From Patescibacteria group bacterium (GTDB lineage: Bacteria; Patescibacteriota; Saccharimonadia; Saccharimonadales; JAZKJC01), in the NCBI GenBank assembly GCA_040384565.1, contig JAZKJC010000011.1:1-59973 (forward strand): DNA of 59,973 nucleotides, written 5' to 3'. A model generated the notes under the pieces. That model did not search any database. It was not told the DNA's origin and worked only from the letters and a program-made list of their open reading frames with translations. Position numbers and translations under genes: made by a program. This document shows, in pieces, positions 17,661 through 26,827 of the stretch; position 1 is the stretch's first letter; every line of letters begins with the position of its first letter.

Positions 17661-19268
17661 ATGAGATTTGAGGGCGGCTGCAATAAAGCCACGGAACATA
17701 GGGTGTGGGCGGTTTGGGCGGGACTTGAATTCCGGATGGAACTGGCTGGCCAGGAAGAATGGATGATTGGTGCCTTCGATAATTTCTACAAGATTATTTT
17801 TGGTATTGATACCGCTGGCCCGTATTCCCCACTGCGCATACTGGTCACGGTAAGCATTGTTGCATTCGCCGCGGTGCCGATGACGCTCAATTGTCCGGGT
17901 ACTACCGTACACTTTGGCAGCCAGGCTGCCCTTTTCCAGCGCACAGTCGTAATCACCAAGTCTCATTGTGCCACCGGTCATATGCTTGTCAGCCTGGTCA
18001 GCCATTGTAGTGATAACTAAGTTTTTGCTGTCGGTTTGAAGTTCAAAGGTATTGGCGTCGGCTAGCCCGGCATTCCTGGCAGCTGCAATGACACCCATTT
18101 GCAAACCAAGACACAAGCCAAGATATGTAACGTTTTGCGTCAGAGCGTACTGTGCGGCCTTAATCTTGCCCTCTAGGCCACGCTGGCCAAATCCACCCGG
18201 CACAACGATACCGTCAAAAGCCCGTAATGTTGGGGCTATATCCTTGTCAGGAGCATCAAATTCGCTGGCATCAATCCAAGTAATATTTAAGACACATTCG
18301 CTGTGCCAAGCGGCAGCTTTGAGGGCTTCAAACACCGACATATAGGTGTCCGTATTGTCCATGTATTTGGCCACGAAAGCTATATTGAGCTTCCGCTCAT
18401 GTTTAGTGATGGCCAGCTTCACGACTTCACGCCAGGCTTTTAGGTCCGGTTTCTTGGCCTTCAAACCAAGGCGCTCTACCAGTACGTCAGCAATGCCGGT
18501 ATCCTCTAGTGTCAGGGGCACCTCATAGATAGTCTTGGCATTCGGGAGAGAGGCGATATGTGTACCGGGTACGCCGCTAAATAAACTAAGTTTGTTAATG
18601 GCGGCAGCGCTGGCCGGGTTTTCACTACGGGCAACTAGAATATCGGGCGCAATGCCAAGCCCGCGTAGCTCCCGGACAGAATTCTGGGCTGGTTTGGTTT
18701 TAGTCTCGTTGCTCGCACTGATATGTGGCAAATAAACGACGTGCACATAGGCGCAGTTGTCCAAGCCAACCTTAATGCCCATTTCGCGGATGGCTTCGAC
18801 AAAACTGAGGGATTCGTAATCGCCTACTGTGCCGCCGATTTCGACGATATGTACGTCAAAACCTTCACCGGCTTTCACAATCCAGTCCTGGATGGCTCCG
18901 GTAAGGTGCGGAATGATCTGCACGTCGTCACCGTCAAACTTGCCTGCCCGCTCATCCTGAATGAGCTTGAGCAATACCCGTCCTGCCATCAGACTACTTC
19001 GACTAGTCATTTCCTCATCAACAAAGCGTTCGTAGTGTCCGAGGTCGAGGTCAGTTTCGGCGCCGTCACGTGTGACAAAACATTCGCCGTGCTCACGCGG
19101 ATTTAGTAGCCCGGCATCAACATTAAGATAGGGATCGCACTTCTGCAGATTTACTTTAAGACCACGAGCTTTTAAGAGGTTGCCAATAGAAGCGGCAGTA
19201 ATGCCCTTGCCCAGTCCGGAAAGCACGCCACCTGTAACAAAAATATACTTAGTTTGGCGCTTCGCCAT
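17658..19268 (-). CDS. pyrG: CTP synthase
   Basis: TGGVLSGLGKG, DPYLNVD, GLCLG, ERHRHR, QFHPEF. Confidence 0.98.
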   Translation of the reverse strand: MAKRQTKYIFVTGGVLSGLGKGITAASIGNLLKARGLKVNLQKCDPYLNVDAGLLNPREHGECFVTRDGAETDLDLGHYERFVDEEMTSRSSLMAGRVLLKLIQDERAGKFDGDDVQIIPHLTGAIQDWIVKAGEGFDVHIVEIGGTVGDYESLSFVEAIREMGIKVGLDNCAYVHVVYLPHISASNETKTKPAQNSVRELRGLGIAPDILVARSENPASAAAINKLSLFSGVPGTHIASLPNAKTIYEVPLTLEDTGIADVLVERLGLKAKKPDLKAWREVVKLAITKHERKLNIAFVAKYMDNTDTYMSVFEALKAAAWHSECVLNITWIDASEFDAPDKDIAPTLRAFDGIVVPGGFGQRGLEGKIKAAQYALTQNVTYLGLCLGLQMGVIAAARNAGLADANTFELQTDSKNLVITTMADQADKHMTGGTMRLGDYDCALEKGSLAAKVYGSTRTIERHRHRGECNNAYRDQYAQWGIRASGINTKNNLVEIIEGTNHPFFLASQFHPEFKSRPNRPHPMFRGFIAAALKSH

Positions 19269-19354
19269 AATTTTGGTTCCGCCCTCTTATATTACCTGTA
19301 GATACTACTCTACAACTTCGCTCAAAACAAGGTTAAATTTACAGTTTAAAGTTT

Positions 19355-19954
19355 TTAGTTGGCATCAAATCTTCTGACTTTGAGAAGTTTGGCAGTGTAC
19401 TTTTCTGCCTCTGTGCGGCGAATAAGCTGCGTGCGGCTAGAGTAGCGTATTAGAGCTAAGCTAGGTTGGTGTTCAAAACCTATATGCACCATGTCTCTTT
19501 TGTAGCTTTTAGCTTTCATTATGGCTGGAATTAGATCGGTGTCTGATGAAATCACGAAAGCCACGTCATATTTTTTATCAAAAGCTCCAGACACAATATC
19601 TACCGCCAATCGCACATCAACGCCCTTTTCAAAAAATTTGCCATCACGCTCTAGCAAATAACCTTTAACAATTTCTATATTTTGACGACGCAATTGTTCA
19701 AACACACGTTGTTGATTCTTAACTAACTCGAGCGCCTTAACATGATTTTTAGTCTTTTTGGTATCCCTGACAACACCAATGTAATAACCCGTATAAACAA
19801 TAGATTCGTCTGTATTTAACATACTTCTTATTAGGTCTTTGTAGCGATAATGCACAAAGTCCATCTTGTTTGGAATCAGTGTCTTGAGTTTGAAATAGAA
19901 GTTGCTCCCGTCTATAAATACCGCAACTCTCTTTTGTTTCCTACGTTCAGCCAT
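19355..19954 (-). CDS. NYN domain (LabA/DUF88) protein
   Basis: VFIDGSNFY, EKGVDVRLAVD, SSDTDLIPA. Confidence 0.92.
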   Translation of the reverse strand: MAERRKQKRVAVFIDGSNFYFKLKTLIPNKMDFVHYRYKDLIRSMLNTDESIVYTGYYIGVVRDTKKTKNHVKALELVKNQQRVFEQLRRQNIEIVKGYLLERDGKFFEKGVDVRLAVDIVSGAFDKKYDVAFVISSDTDLIPAIMKAKSYKRDMVHIGFEHQPSLALIRYSSRTQLIRRTEAEKYTAKLLKVRRFDAN

Positions 19955-19981
19955 ATCTGTAAGTATGCGCCGTAAATGGGC

Positions 19982-20060
19982 AAAATAAAAGCCCCGGCTT
20001 GCAGTGCAGTCCGAGGCGATTTAGCCATCTAAATGTAGCAAATCACACGCCTCCTGTCAA
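19982..20060 (-). promoter_or_regulatory. promoter followed by short leader with intrinsic terminator upstream of NYN gene
   Basis: TTGACA-17-TACATT, then GCCTCGG...CCGGGGC hairpin and TTTTATTTT. Confidence 0.65.
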
Positions 20061-20079
20061 TACTGACTTAACAACCTGC

Positions 20080-21297
20080 TTATCTATTGAGTTCGGCTAT
20101 GGCGGCATCCAGTTGGGGGTCACGCTGGGCTTTAGCGTCCTCTTCTGACAATTTTACTTCCTGGTCTGGTTTGATGCCTTCTTTGTTTATGTTAATACCG
20201 GCTGGGGTGTACCATTTGGCAATCGTGACTTTTAGGACACCGCCATCAAGGAGTTTCTCAAGCTGCTGTACGCTACCCTTCCCAAAGCTTTTAACACCTA
20301 TGAGTTTGGCGGCATTATTGTCATGCAAGGCGCCGGCGGTAATTTCGCTGGCACTGGCGCTTCCTTCGTTTATGAGCACCACCGTGGGAATGCCTTTTAG
20401 GGCTGGGCTGCCCTTGGCATTATAAGTACGTATGACTACACCATCACGTTTTTCTTGTAATACTGTTTTGCCAGGTTCAAGCCATAAGCTGCTAAGGTTC
20501 ACTGAAGCATCAAGCAAGCCACCAGGGTTGTTTCGAACATCCAAGATAACTCCCTTGACTTTACGCTGTTGAAAATCTTGGGCCGCTTTTGTAGCCAGCG
20601 CAACTGTATCATCGCCATATCTTGAAATCTTCAGGTATCCTATATTGTTTTCTAGTATTTTGCTTTCCACGCTAGGTATATTGATTTGTTCACGCGTAAT
20701 CTCGAAGCTTAAATCCTGGGCAGAATTTCGAATAATCCTTAGTTTGACTTTGGTACCGACCGGGCCGCGTATTTTGCTTACAGCGTCGCTCACTGTAATA
20801 CCGGCCGTTGGGTTACCGTCAATTTCTAAAATTGAATCTTTGGACTTTAGGCCGGCTTTTTCGGCTGGAAAGCCGGATATGGGCGCAATTATTATCAAAT
20901 TACCCTTGTCATCCTTGCTAAGTTCCGCCCCGATACCGCTGAAGGTACCATTTAGCTGCTCATCAAACTCTTTAGCTGCGTCTTTATTTAGATACTCTGT
21001 GTAGGGATCCCCTGCCGCGCTTGCCAGGCCAGCCTTGATACCATCAAGCAATTTTTGAGAATCCAAGTCCCCGTCATAGTCGCGGCGAAGCGTGTCATAA
21101 ACTTCTTCTACGGAAGTGTACTCCAGATTGTTTGGCAGACCTTTCTGAATGCTTTTTCGGAAGAGTTGGTCACTGTTCAAGATAACCCTGCCACTGCCTG
21201 TCGCCCAGCCACTTAAAAATATGACACTTGCAGCCAAACCGTAGCCCAATCCACGCATAATATTCCGCTGCTTAGACACTTTCTTTTTGTGTACCAT
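20080..21297 (-). CDS. ctpA: S41 carboxyl-terminal processing protease
   Basis: GDPYT, GIGAE, PDZ, DVRNNPGG, SASASEI, FGKGSVQ. Confidence 0.93.
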   Translation of the reverse strand: MVHKKKVSKQRNIMRGLGYGLAASVIFLSGWATGSGRVILNSDQLFRKSIQKGLPNNLEYTSVEEVYDTLRRDYDGDLDSQKLLDGIKAGLASAAGDPYTEYLNKDAAKEFDEQLNGTFSGIGAELSKDDKGNLIIIAPISGFPAEKAGLKSKDSILEIDGNPTAGITVSDAVSKIRGPVGTKVKLRIIRNSAQDLSFEITREQINIPSVESKILENNIGYLKISRYGDDTVALATKAAQDFQQRKVKGVILDVRNNPGGLLDASVNLSSLWLEPGKTVLQEKRDGVVIRTYNAKGSPALKGIPTVVLINEGSASASEITAGALHDNNAAKLIGVKSFGKGSVQQLEKLLDGGVLKVTIAKWYTPAGININKEGIKPDQEVKLSEEDAKAQRDPQLDAAIAELNR

Positions 21298-21413
21298 AAT
21301 TACCCTTCACATATTTGTTGAAATAGACCAGTCTATTATGTCACACGATAGCAATTAGTAATGATAAACTAAGCTCTGGATATTTTGGTTAAAATCATGC
21401 TGGATAGATTATT

Positions 21414-21635
21414 CTAGGTAATTTTATAGCCTAGCTGGCGAAAATATTTATCAGAGAGGTTACGCCAATAATTCTCTGCTCTGGTCAATTCTTCATATAA
21501 TTCATTCTCTTTTTCTTGGATGTAATGAGTGGCTGCTAGCGGCTTTACGCATTGCTGTTCGTCAAAATCTCGTAGACTCTTATGGACCATATTGAGTTGA
21601 GTAATAGATGCTTCGTATTCTTGGTGGGTAATCAT
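21414..21635 (-). CDS. small hypothetical protein
   Basis: 73 aa; strong SD AAGGAG. Confidence 0.5.
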   Translation of the reverse strand: MITHQEYEASITQLNMVHKSLRDFDEQQCVKPLAATHYIQEKENELYEELTRAENYWRNLSDKYFRQLGYKIT

Positions 21636-21717
21636 GTTTTATATCTCCTTGATATACTCCTATTATGAATTAGTTAGTGTACTTAAACAAGGCATAACTG
21701 GGTACTGACTAACTTCA

Positions 21718-22890
21718 CTAGAAGTGTATGAATAGGAGACCGGATGCTGAGATCCGTCTTTCGCTGTAGCGTCCGTCAAGACCTGCGTTATACTGGCTTA
21801 TAAAGATCGTGCCATCACCGTAGACATGCTCAACGTACATAACGTGACCGTAGGTACCGCCATTAGAAACTGCTACGTCTCCTTCGCGTGGATTACTGTC
21901 CACTGGTATACCCGCATTCTGAGCATTTCTACCTGGGACTCCACCTGGACCATCTCTATCGTATGCCCATTGATACGCATTGCCATGGCCGCCCCAGTAA
22001 GGCATATGCCGTCCGGAAGCGGCAACCTTGAACGCCGTATAGCTTACGCACTCACGGTTCCACATACCCCAGGTGTCTAGGACACTATCTTGGGGAACCT
22101 CACACCACCGGGCAGGATAGCCACCACCACACGCGGGACCGGATCCAGGCGCCCCACCGATAAAGCGGGCATTCGCGATGAGTTGTTGGCGTCGAAGTTC
22201 AGCAATATTTGCCTTATTAGTCCGGATTGCGGCTATGTAACTATTCTTTTGGTCTTGGGTATATGCAAGCAAGCGGCTTTGTTCCGCTTGGGCGGCGTTT
22301 AGTTTTTCGTTCATAGCCTGTTGGTCAGCCAGTAGTTTTTCTACCAGGGTCTTCTGTTCTTTTAGTTGAGCTTTAAGTGCGTTAATAGTATCCAGAATAC
22401 TCTTAATTTTATCTTGGATAGCCTCGCGGTACTGTTGTTGATCCAGGAACTCACTAAGGTCCCTGCTAGACGCCAGCATCTCGAATGTACTAATCTGGCC
22501 TTCTACGTAGACTGCTTTTATATTCTCTGAAAGTAAGATTTTTTTCTTGCCCAGTTCTTCTTCTGCAGCAGTAATCTGCTTCTGTAAGTCATCACGCTTG
22601 GCTTCATTTTCACGTATTAAGGCCCTGACACCATCAATTTCACCTTGTAAACGGTTGATTTCACCTTCATAACTATCTGCTTGGACTTGAAGTTGGTTAG
22701 CACTCTGTTGTTTAACATTACTATCTGCTTGAAGTTGCTTAATTTGTTCATCAAACTGATCAGCACGTGCTAGGGGTGATACGACAAAACCAAATACCAC
22801 CAAACCTATGGCGGCGATTAAAAATAACTTCTGTTTGGCTTCTTCTGTTCTACTTTTCATTTTTTGTTTGGTTTTAACCATAAACATCAT
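21718..22890 (-). CDS. coiled-coil + CHAP peptidoglycan hydrolase (PcsB/CwlO-like)
   Basis: Signal peptide, long coiled coil, RECVSY..GNAYQW..YGHVMYVE; directly after ftsEX. Confidence 0.9.
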   Translation of the reverse strand: MMFMVKTKQKMKSRTEEAKQKLFLIAAIGLVVFGFVVSPLARADQFDEQIKQLQADSNVKQQSANQLQVQADSYEGEINRLQGEIDGVRALIRENEAKRDDLQKQITAAEEELGKKKILLSENIKAVYVEGQISTFEMLASSRDLSEFLDQQQYREAIQDKIKSILDTINALKAQLKEQKTLVEKLLADQQAMNEKLNAAQAEQSRLLAYTQDQKNSYIAAIRTNKANIAELRRQQLIANARFIGGAPGSGPACGGGYPARWCEVPQDSVLDTWGMWNRECVSYTAFKVAASGRHMPYWGGHGNAYQWAYDRDGPGGVPGRNAQNAGIPVDSNPREGDVAVSNGGTYGHVMYVEHVYGDGTIFISQYNAGLDGRYSERRISASGLLFIHF

Positions 22891-22927
22891 ACCACACACC
22901 TCCCAAAACAGCAATAGGATGTTTTGG

Positions 22928-22958
22928 AATTACCAATTTACAATTTACAATTTTCAAA
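22928..22958. repeat. heptamer tandem repeat (CAATTTA-type)
   Basis: AATTACC AATTTAC AATTTAC AATTTTC AAA. Confidence 0.7.
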
Positions 22959-23029
22959 TATAAAAAGTTTAAACAATTACTAATAGTATACCCTCGCTTA
23001 TTGTTAGTGATTTAACTTATAGAAATTGT

Positions 23030-23974
23030 TTATTTGCTGGTTTTGAATTTAAGATACCGTCTGGTCGCAATAGTAGAAGAAACGGCACCAATTAGTATAC
23101 CAATTCCCAGCTGGCTTGCCAAAATTAGCCAAAAATGTTTTCTGAAATAGTCTGTTGCAAAGTCAATGTCCAGCAACCCAAAATTACTGGCCGCGAACGC
23201 TGAAGATGAGACTATAAAAAGTGAATTTACCACAGTAATAGATATAAATGCTGACACGATGCCGTACAGAATAGTTTCTACCACAAACGGCCCTCTAATA
23301 TAGGATGTACTGGCACCTAATAAGCGCATTATTTGCAACTCGTCCCGGCGGTTGAATATTGTCATCCTAATTGTGTTAAATATAATTAGCATAGAGACAA
23401 ATGCGAATACGATTACGCCCACAAAACCAGCTTGACGCAAAAAACTAGTGCTACGAGTTATGTTGTCCAGAGCTTCTTTCTTTTTGCCGGAATACGTTGT
23501 TTTGTCTGATTGTAGCTCGCGGACTTCCGGCTTTTCCAGGAACCCCTGAATGGACTGCAGTTTATTAGGATCATATGGTTTGACGTGGATGGTGGCTGGA
23601 TAAGGATTATCGATCTGGGCCAATGCCAGTTGCTGATCTAGGTTTTCATCGGTTGGCTTTTGCTGCTCTTTTAATACGTCCTCTTTACTTTTGTATTCCA
23701 CGCTTTTGACGTCTGGGATAGTTTTTAGGTCACTGATTAGCTTGTCCTTTTCTTCAGGCTTAACTGTGTCTTTAAGGAAAACGGAAACATCAATCTTATC
23801 ATTTATTTGTTGGATGGTATTGCCAAATGTCGCATTAGCTATCAGAGAGGAAAGCACAATAGTAAGCGTAATTACCATTACTGCTATGGCTGCTATTGCG
23901 AGTGTAGCGTTACGAACAAAGTTCTGGGCACCAGCTTTTATGATACGGTTTAAGACAATTATTTTAGCTTTCAT
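23030..23974 (-). CDS. ftsX: cell division permease FtsX
   Basis: 4 TM, NTIRMTIFNRRDELQIMRLLGAS..IRGPF. Confidence 0.95.
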   Translation of the reverse strand: MKAKIIVLNRIIKAGAQNFVRNATLAIAAIAVMVITLTIVLSSLIANATFGNTIQQINDKIDVSVFLKDTVKPEEKDKLISDLKTIPDVKSVEYKSKEDVLKEQQKPTDENLDQQLALAQIDNPYPATIHVKPYDPNKLQSIQGFLEKPEVRELQSDKTTYSGKKKEALDNITRSTSFLRQAGFVGVIVFAFVSMLIIFNTIRMTIFNRRDELQIMRLLGASTSYIRGPFVVETILYGIVSAFISITVVNSLFIVSSSAFAASNFGLLDIDFATDYFRKHFWLILASQLGIGILIGAVSSTIATRRYLKFKTSK

Positions 23975-23980
23975 CTGGCG

Positions 23981-24685
23981 CTATCTCACCTCCCCGTTCG
24001 GCTTGGACGAACTATAAGAGGCATTGGCGCGGTCACTCACAATCCTGCCGTCACTTAGAGTTATAACCCGGCGCTTGAGTTTATTTACAATGTCCTGGTT
24101 GTGGGTAGTTAGTAGTACTGTTGTGCCATAACGATTAATTTTTTCCAGTATCTTAATAATATCCCAGGCATATTTGGGATCGAGATTACCAGTGGGCTCG
24201 TCGGCAATAAGAATTTTAGGTTGGCGGACAATCGCGCGCGCGATGGCTACACGTTGGCGTTCACCTCCCGATAGCTCCTGTGGCATGCGTTTTTCTTTGC
24301 CTTTTAGCCCTACTATATCTAAAACCCGCGGGACTGTGTGTTTGATCTCGTTGTGACCATAACCGACTATTTCTAATGCAAAGGCAACATTTTCAAACAC
24401 GCTTTTATTTGGAAGCAGCTTAAAATCCTGGAACACCACGCCAATTTTGCGGCGAAGCAATGGAATATTTTTGTCCTTTAGTTTGTCGTAGTCTATGCCG
24501 CCAATCACAATTTTGCCGCTGGTTTGGCGCTCCTCACGGGTAAGCAGTTTTAACAGGGTGCTCTTGCCGGCACCGCTGGCACCGATAATAATAACGAACT
24601 CCTTTGGCTCGACATGCAAACTGACACGGTCAAGCGCCGTGGAATTGCGATTATAGACTTTAGTTACCCTGTCAAGAAGAATCAC
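23981..24685 (-). CDS. ftsE: cell division ATP-binding protein FtsE
   Basis: [34 protein letters not shown]. Confidence 0.96.
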   Translation of the reverse strand: MILLDRVTKVYNRNSTALDRVSLHVEPKEFVIIIGASGAGKSTLLKLLTREERQTSGKIVIGGIDYDKLKDKNIPLLRRKIGVVFQDFKLLPNKSVFENVAFALEIVGYGHNEIKHTVPRVLDIVGLKGKEKRMPQELSGGERQRVAIARAIVRQPKILIADEPTGNLDPKYAWDIIKILEKINRYGTTVLLTTHNQDIVNKLKRRVITLSDGRIVSDRANASYSSSKPNGEVR

Positions 24686-24705
24686 TTAAGCTATTATAGC
24701 AAAAC

Positions 24706-24966
24706 TTACTTATATAGTTGGGAATGAGTGCCGATGGCTACCACAGTGATGGCATCCATGCCTCTTTCTTTGAAGTGAATTCTAAGATCTCCTCCAACAC
24801 TAATTGACCTGTACCCAAGCCATTCTGCTTTTAAAGCATGGTTCCTCAGCTCTGGAGCAAATTGATTGACTACAAATAGCTGAAGACGCCGGATCGCCAG
24901 CTTTTTTTGAGCCGGTTTTAGCCTGGAAAATTGTTTATCAAAACTTTTTTCATAATAGACTGTCAT
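24706..24966 (-). CDS. RelE/YafQ-family mRNA interferase toxin
   Basis: LRNHALK...RSISVGGDLRI...IGTHSQLY. Confidence 0.9.
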   Translation of the reverse strand: MTVYYEKSFDKQFSRLKPAQKKLAIRRLQLFVVNQFAPELRNHALKAEWLGYRSISVGGDLRIHFKERGMDAITVVAIGTHSQLYK

Positions 24967-25238
24967 AGAGTTTTCAGGTGGTCTATAAACTCATCAGCGC
25001 TTAGAGGACCGACGATGTTTTTGCCGGTTTTGAGGTCCTTTTCGGCTTGGCGCATAATCTTTTCAAGATAAGGTGTGGGTTCTAGTACTTCTTCAAAAAC
25101 CACACGACGGTCACGAACTACCTCACGTAGTTTATTTTCAATTATGGCGCTCAGGGACAGGCCAAGTTTTTTGGCCAAAGCCTGGCTTTCTTTCTTTAGC
25201 TCATCATCTATTTTTATGGTCATGGGTACTTGAATCAT
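24963..25238 (-). CDS. RelB/DinJ-like antitoxin (RHH)
   Basis: IKIDDELKKES..LAKKLGLSLS; overlaps toxin start by 4 nt. Confidence 0.85.
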   Translation of the reverse strand: MIQVPMTIKIDDELKKESQALAKKLGLSLSAIIENKLREVVRDRRVVFEEVLEPTPYLEKIMRQAEKDLKTGKNIVGPLSADEFIDHLKTL

Positions 25239-25244
25239 ACGTAC

Positions 25245-25273
25245 ATTGTATTCCTTTATACGTATAAAGTCAA
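25245..25273 (-). promoter_or_regulatory. TA promoter with perfect 16-bp palindromic operator
   Basis: TTGACT-17-TACAAT; CTTTATACGTATAAAG at 25254-25269. Confidence 0.8.
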
Positions 25274-25290
25274 TACTTTCACTTTCTTAT

Positions 25291-26370
25291 CTAAATATTT
25301 TGTTCCAGGAAAGCGATGATGAACGGGTCTAGGTTGCCGTCTAGAACGGCGTCGGGGTCGGAGGATTCGTGGCGCGTGCGGAGGTCTTTGACTTGTTTAT
25401 AGGGGTGCAGGACGTAGCTACGGATTTGATTGCCCCAGGCAGCTTGCTCGTTGGCGCCTTTTAGTTCGCGTAAATCCTCTGCGTGTTGCTCCAGCTTTAA
25501 TGCTGCCAATTTGGAACGGAGTATGGTCATGGCAGTTTCCCGGTTTTGCAACTGCGAACGCTCGTTTTGAATAGCTACGACAATCCCGGTTGGAATATGC
25601 GTAATGCGCACGGCTGAGTCAGTTGTATTGACGCTTTGACCACCATGCCCGCCGCTTCTGTAGACATCAATTTTTAAATCTTTTTCGTCAACTTCTACGT
25701 CTTCTGGCTTATCTATTTTGGGCATAATTTCTACTTTGGCAAAGCTTGTTTGGCGTAAGTTATCTGAGTTGAAAGGACTAAGACGCACCAAACGATGAAC
25801 ACCATGCTCGCCTTTTAGCTTGGCATATGCAAAAGTGCCGTTTATCTCTAACGTTACGCTTTTGAGTCCTGCTTCTTCGCCTGCCGACTGTTCAATGGTT
25901 GCAACTGTAAAGTTAGATTGTTCCGCATAACGGACATACATACGCAGGAGCATTTGCGCCCAATCCTGCGCATCAGTCCCGCCTGCACCGGCATGAATAC
26001 TAAGAATGGCATCGTGGTCATCATAAGGACCATTGAAAAGCAGCTCGGCTTTGCGCGTATCAAACTCTTTTTGGGCCGCGCTTAGCTGTTCGCTCAGATC
26101 ACTTTCTATGCTTGTATCATCCATTTGTAATAGTTCTTGGATATCTTTGACCTGCTGCTCAAGCTGCCGCCATGGCTTAATGCGCAGCTCTAGGGCTGAT
26201 TGTTGTTTCATCAAACTTTGAGCCCGGCTTTGGTCTGACCACAGGGCCGGATCGGCTGTTTGCTTCTGTAGCTCGGCTAAATTGGATTCAAGCTCGTCAA
26301 TACGCAAGTTGGTTAACGCAGCCCGCACCGCACTCGCCAGTTCGTTTGCCTGTTTTTGCATTTCTTGCAT
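25291..26370 (-). CDS. prfB: peptide chain release factor 2 (no programmed frameshift)
   Basis: SPF and GGQ motifs; continuous ORF; ATG at 26370 one nt after upstream stop. Confidence 0.96.
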   Translation of the reverse strand: MQEMQKQANELASAVRAALTNLRIDELESNLAELQKQTADPALWSDQSRAQSLMKQQSALELRIKPWRQLEQQVKDIQELLQMDDTSIESDLSEQLSAAQKEFDTRKAELLFNGPYDDHDAILSIHAGAGGTDAQDWAQMLLRMYVRYAEQSNFTVATIEQSAGEEAGLKSVTLEINGTFAYAKLKGEHGVHRLVRLSPFNSDNLRQTSFAKVEIMPKIDKPEDVEVDEKDLKIDVYRSGGHGGQSVNTTDSAVRITHIPTGIVVAIQNERSQLQNRETAMTILRSKLAALKLEQHAEDLRELKGANEQAAWGNQIRSYVLHPYKQVKDLRTRHESSDPDAVLDGNLDPFIIAFLEQNI

Positions 26371-26371
26371 A

Positions 26372-26785
26372 CTAATGTCGTTCACCGTTTACTGTTTTCC
26401 GTTCACTTTGCGTTTTCTGTTTTCCGTTTTCAGTGTTGTCACGCAGCGTATTAATAATTTTTTGTAGGGTCATCAAAATGTAATGGCATTCTTGCTTAAG
26501 CTCAATACAGTCTGCCTTGTTAGGTGCAAAGTCTTCTAGCAATATCAGCCAGTACTCAGATTCTGCTGCTTCTTTTTTGGCAATGAATATTTTGTTTCTG
26601 AAGTCTGTTTTTGATGCCGCATTATTAGCTTCAGCATAGTTCGCGCCAACACTATTAGCAGAACGTATCAGCTGATCAATAATTGGCCTTGTTACTATTG
26701 TGGCCTGAACGCTACCGCAAAACAATAATACTTTTTTAGAGAATGCAGCGGTTCTATCGCTGAGACTGTAAGGTAAATGGTTCAT
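26372..26785 (-). CDS. four-helix bundle protein (23S rRNA IVP / bAvd-like family)
   Basis: DQLIRSANSVGANYAEA...DFRNKIFIAKKEAAESEYWL signature. Confidence 0.92.
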   Translation of the reverse strand: MNHLPYSLSDRTAAFSKKVLLFCGSVQATIVTRPIIDQLIRSANSVGANYAEANNAASKTDFRNKIFIAKKEAAESEYWLILLEDFAPNKADCIELKQECHYILMTLQKIINTLRDNTENGKQKTQSERKTVNGERH

Positions 26786-26825
26786 AGTAAACGTATTGTA
26801 AACGGAAAACAGTGAACGGTAAACG
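26379..26825. mobile_element. putative cassette: four-helix-bundle ORF enclosed by 28-bp heptamer-built inverted repeats
   Basis: 26379-26406 and reverse complement of 26798-26825 match 25/28; mobility is inferred only. Confidence 0.6.
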
Positions 26826-26827
26826 AG

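Noticed and set aside
25291-26385. Programmed +1 frameshift in prfB
   Set aside because: The ORF is continuous, with no CTT-TGA slippery site near the N-terminus.
26372-26785. Diversity-generating retroelement
   Set aside because: Avd-like protein is present, but I found no reverse transcriptase and no TR/VR pair differing at adenines in this window.
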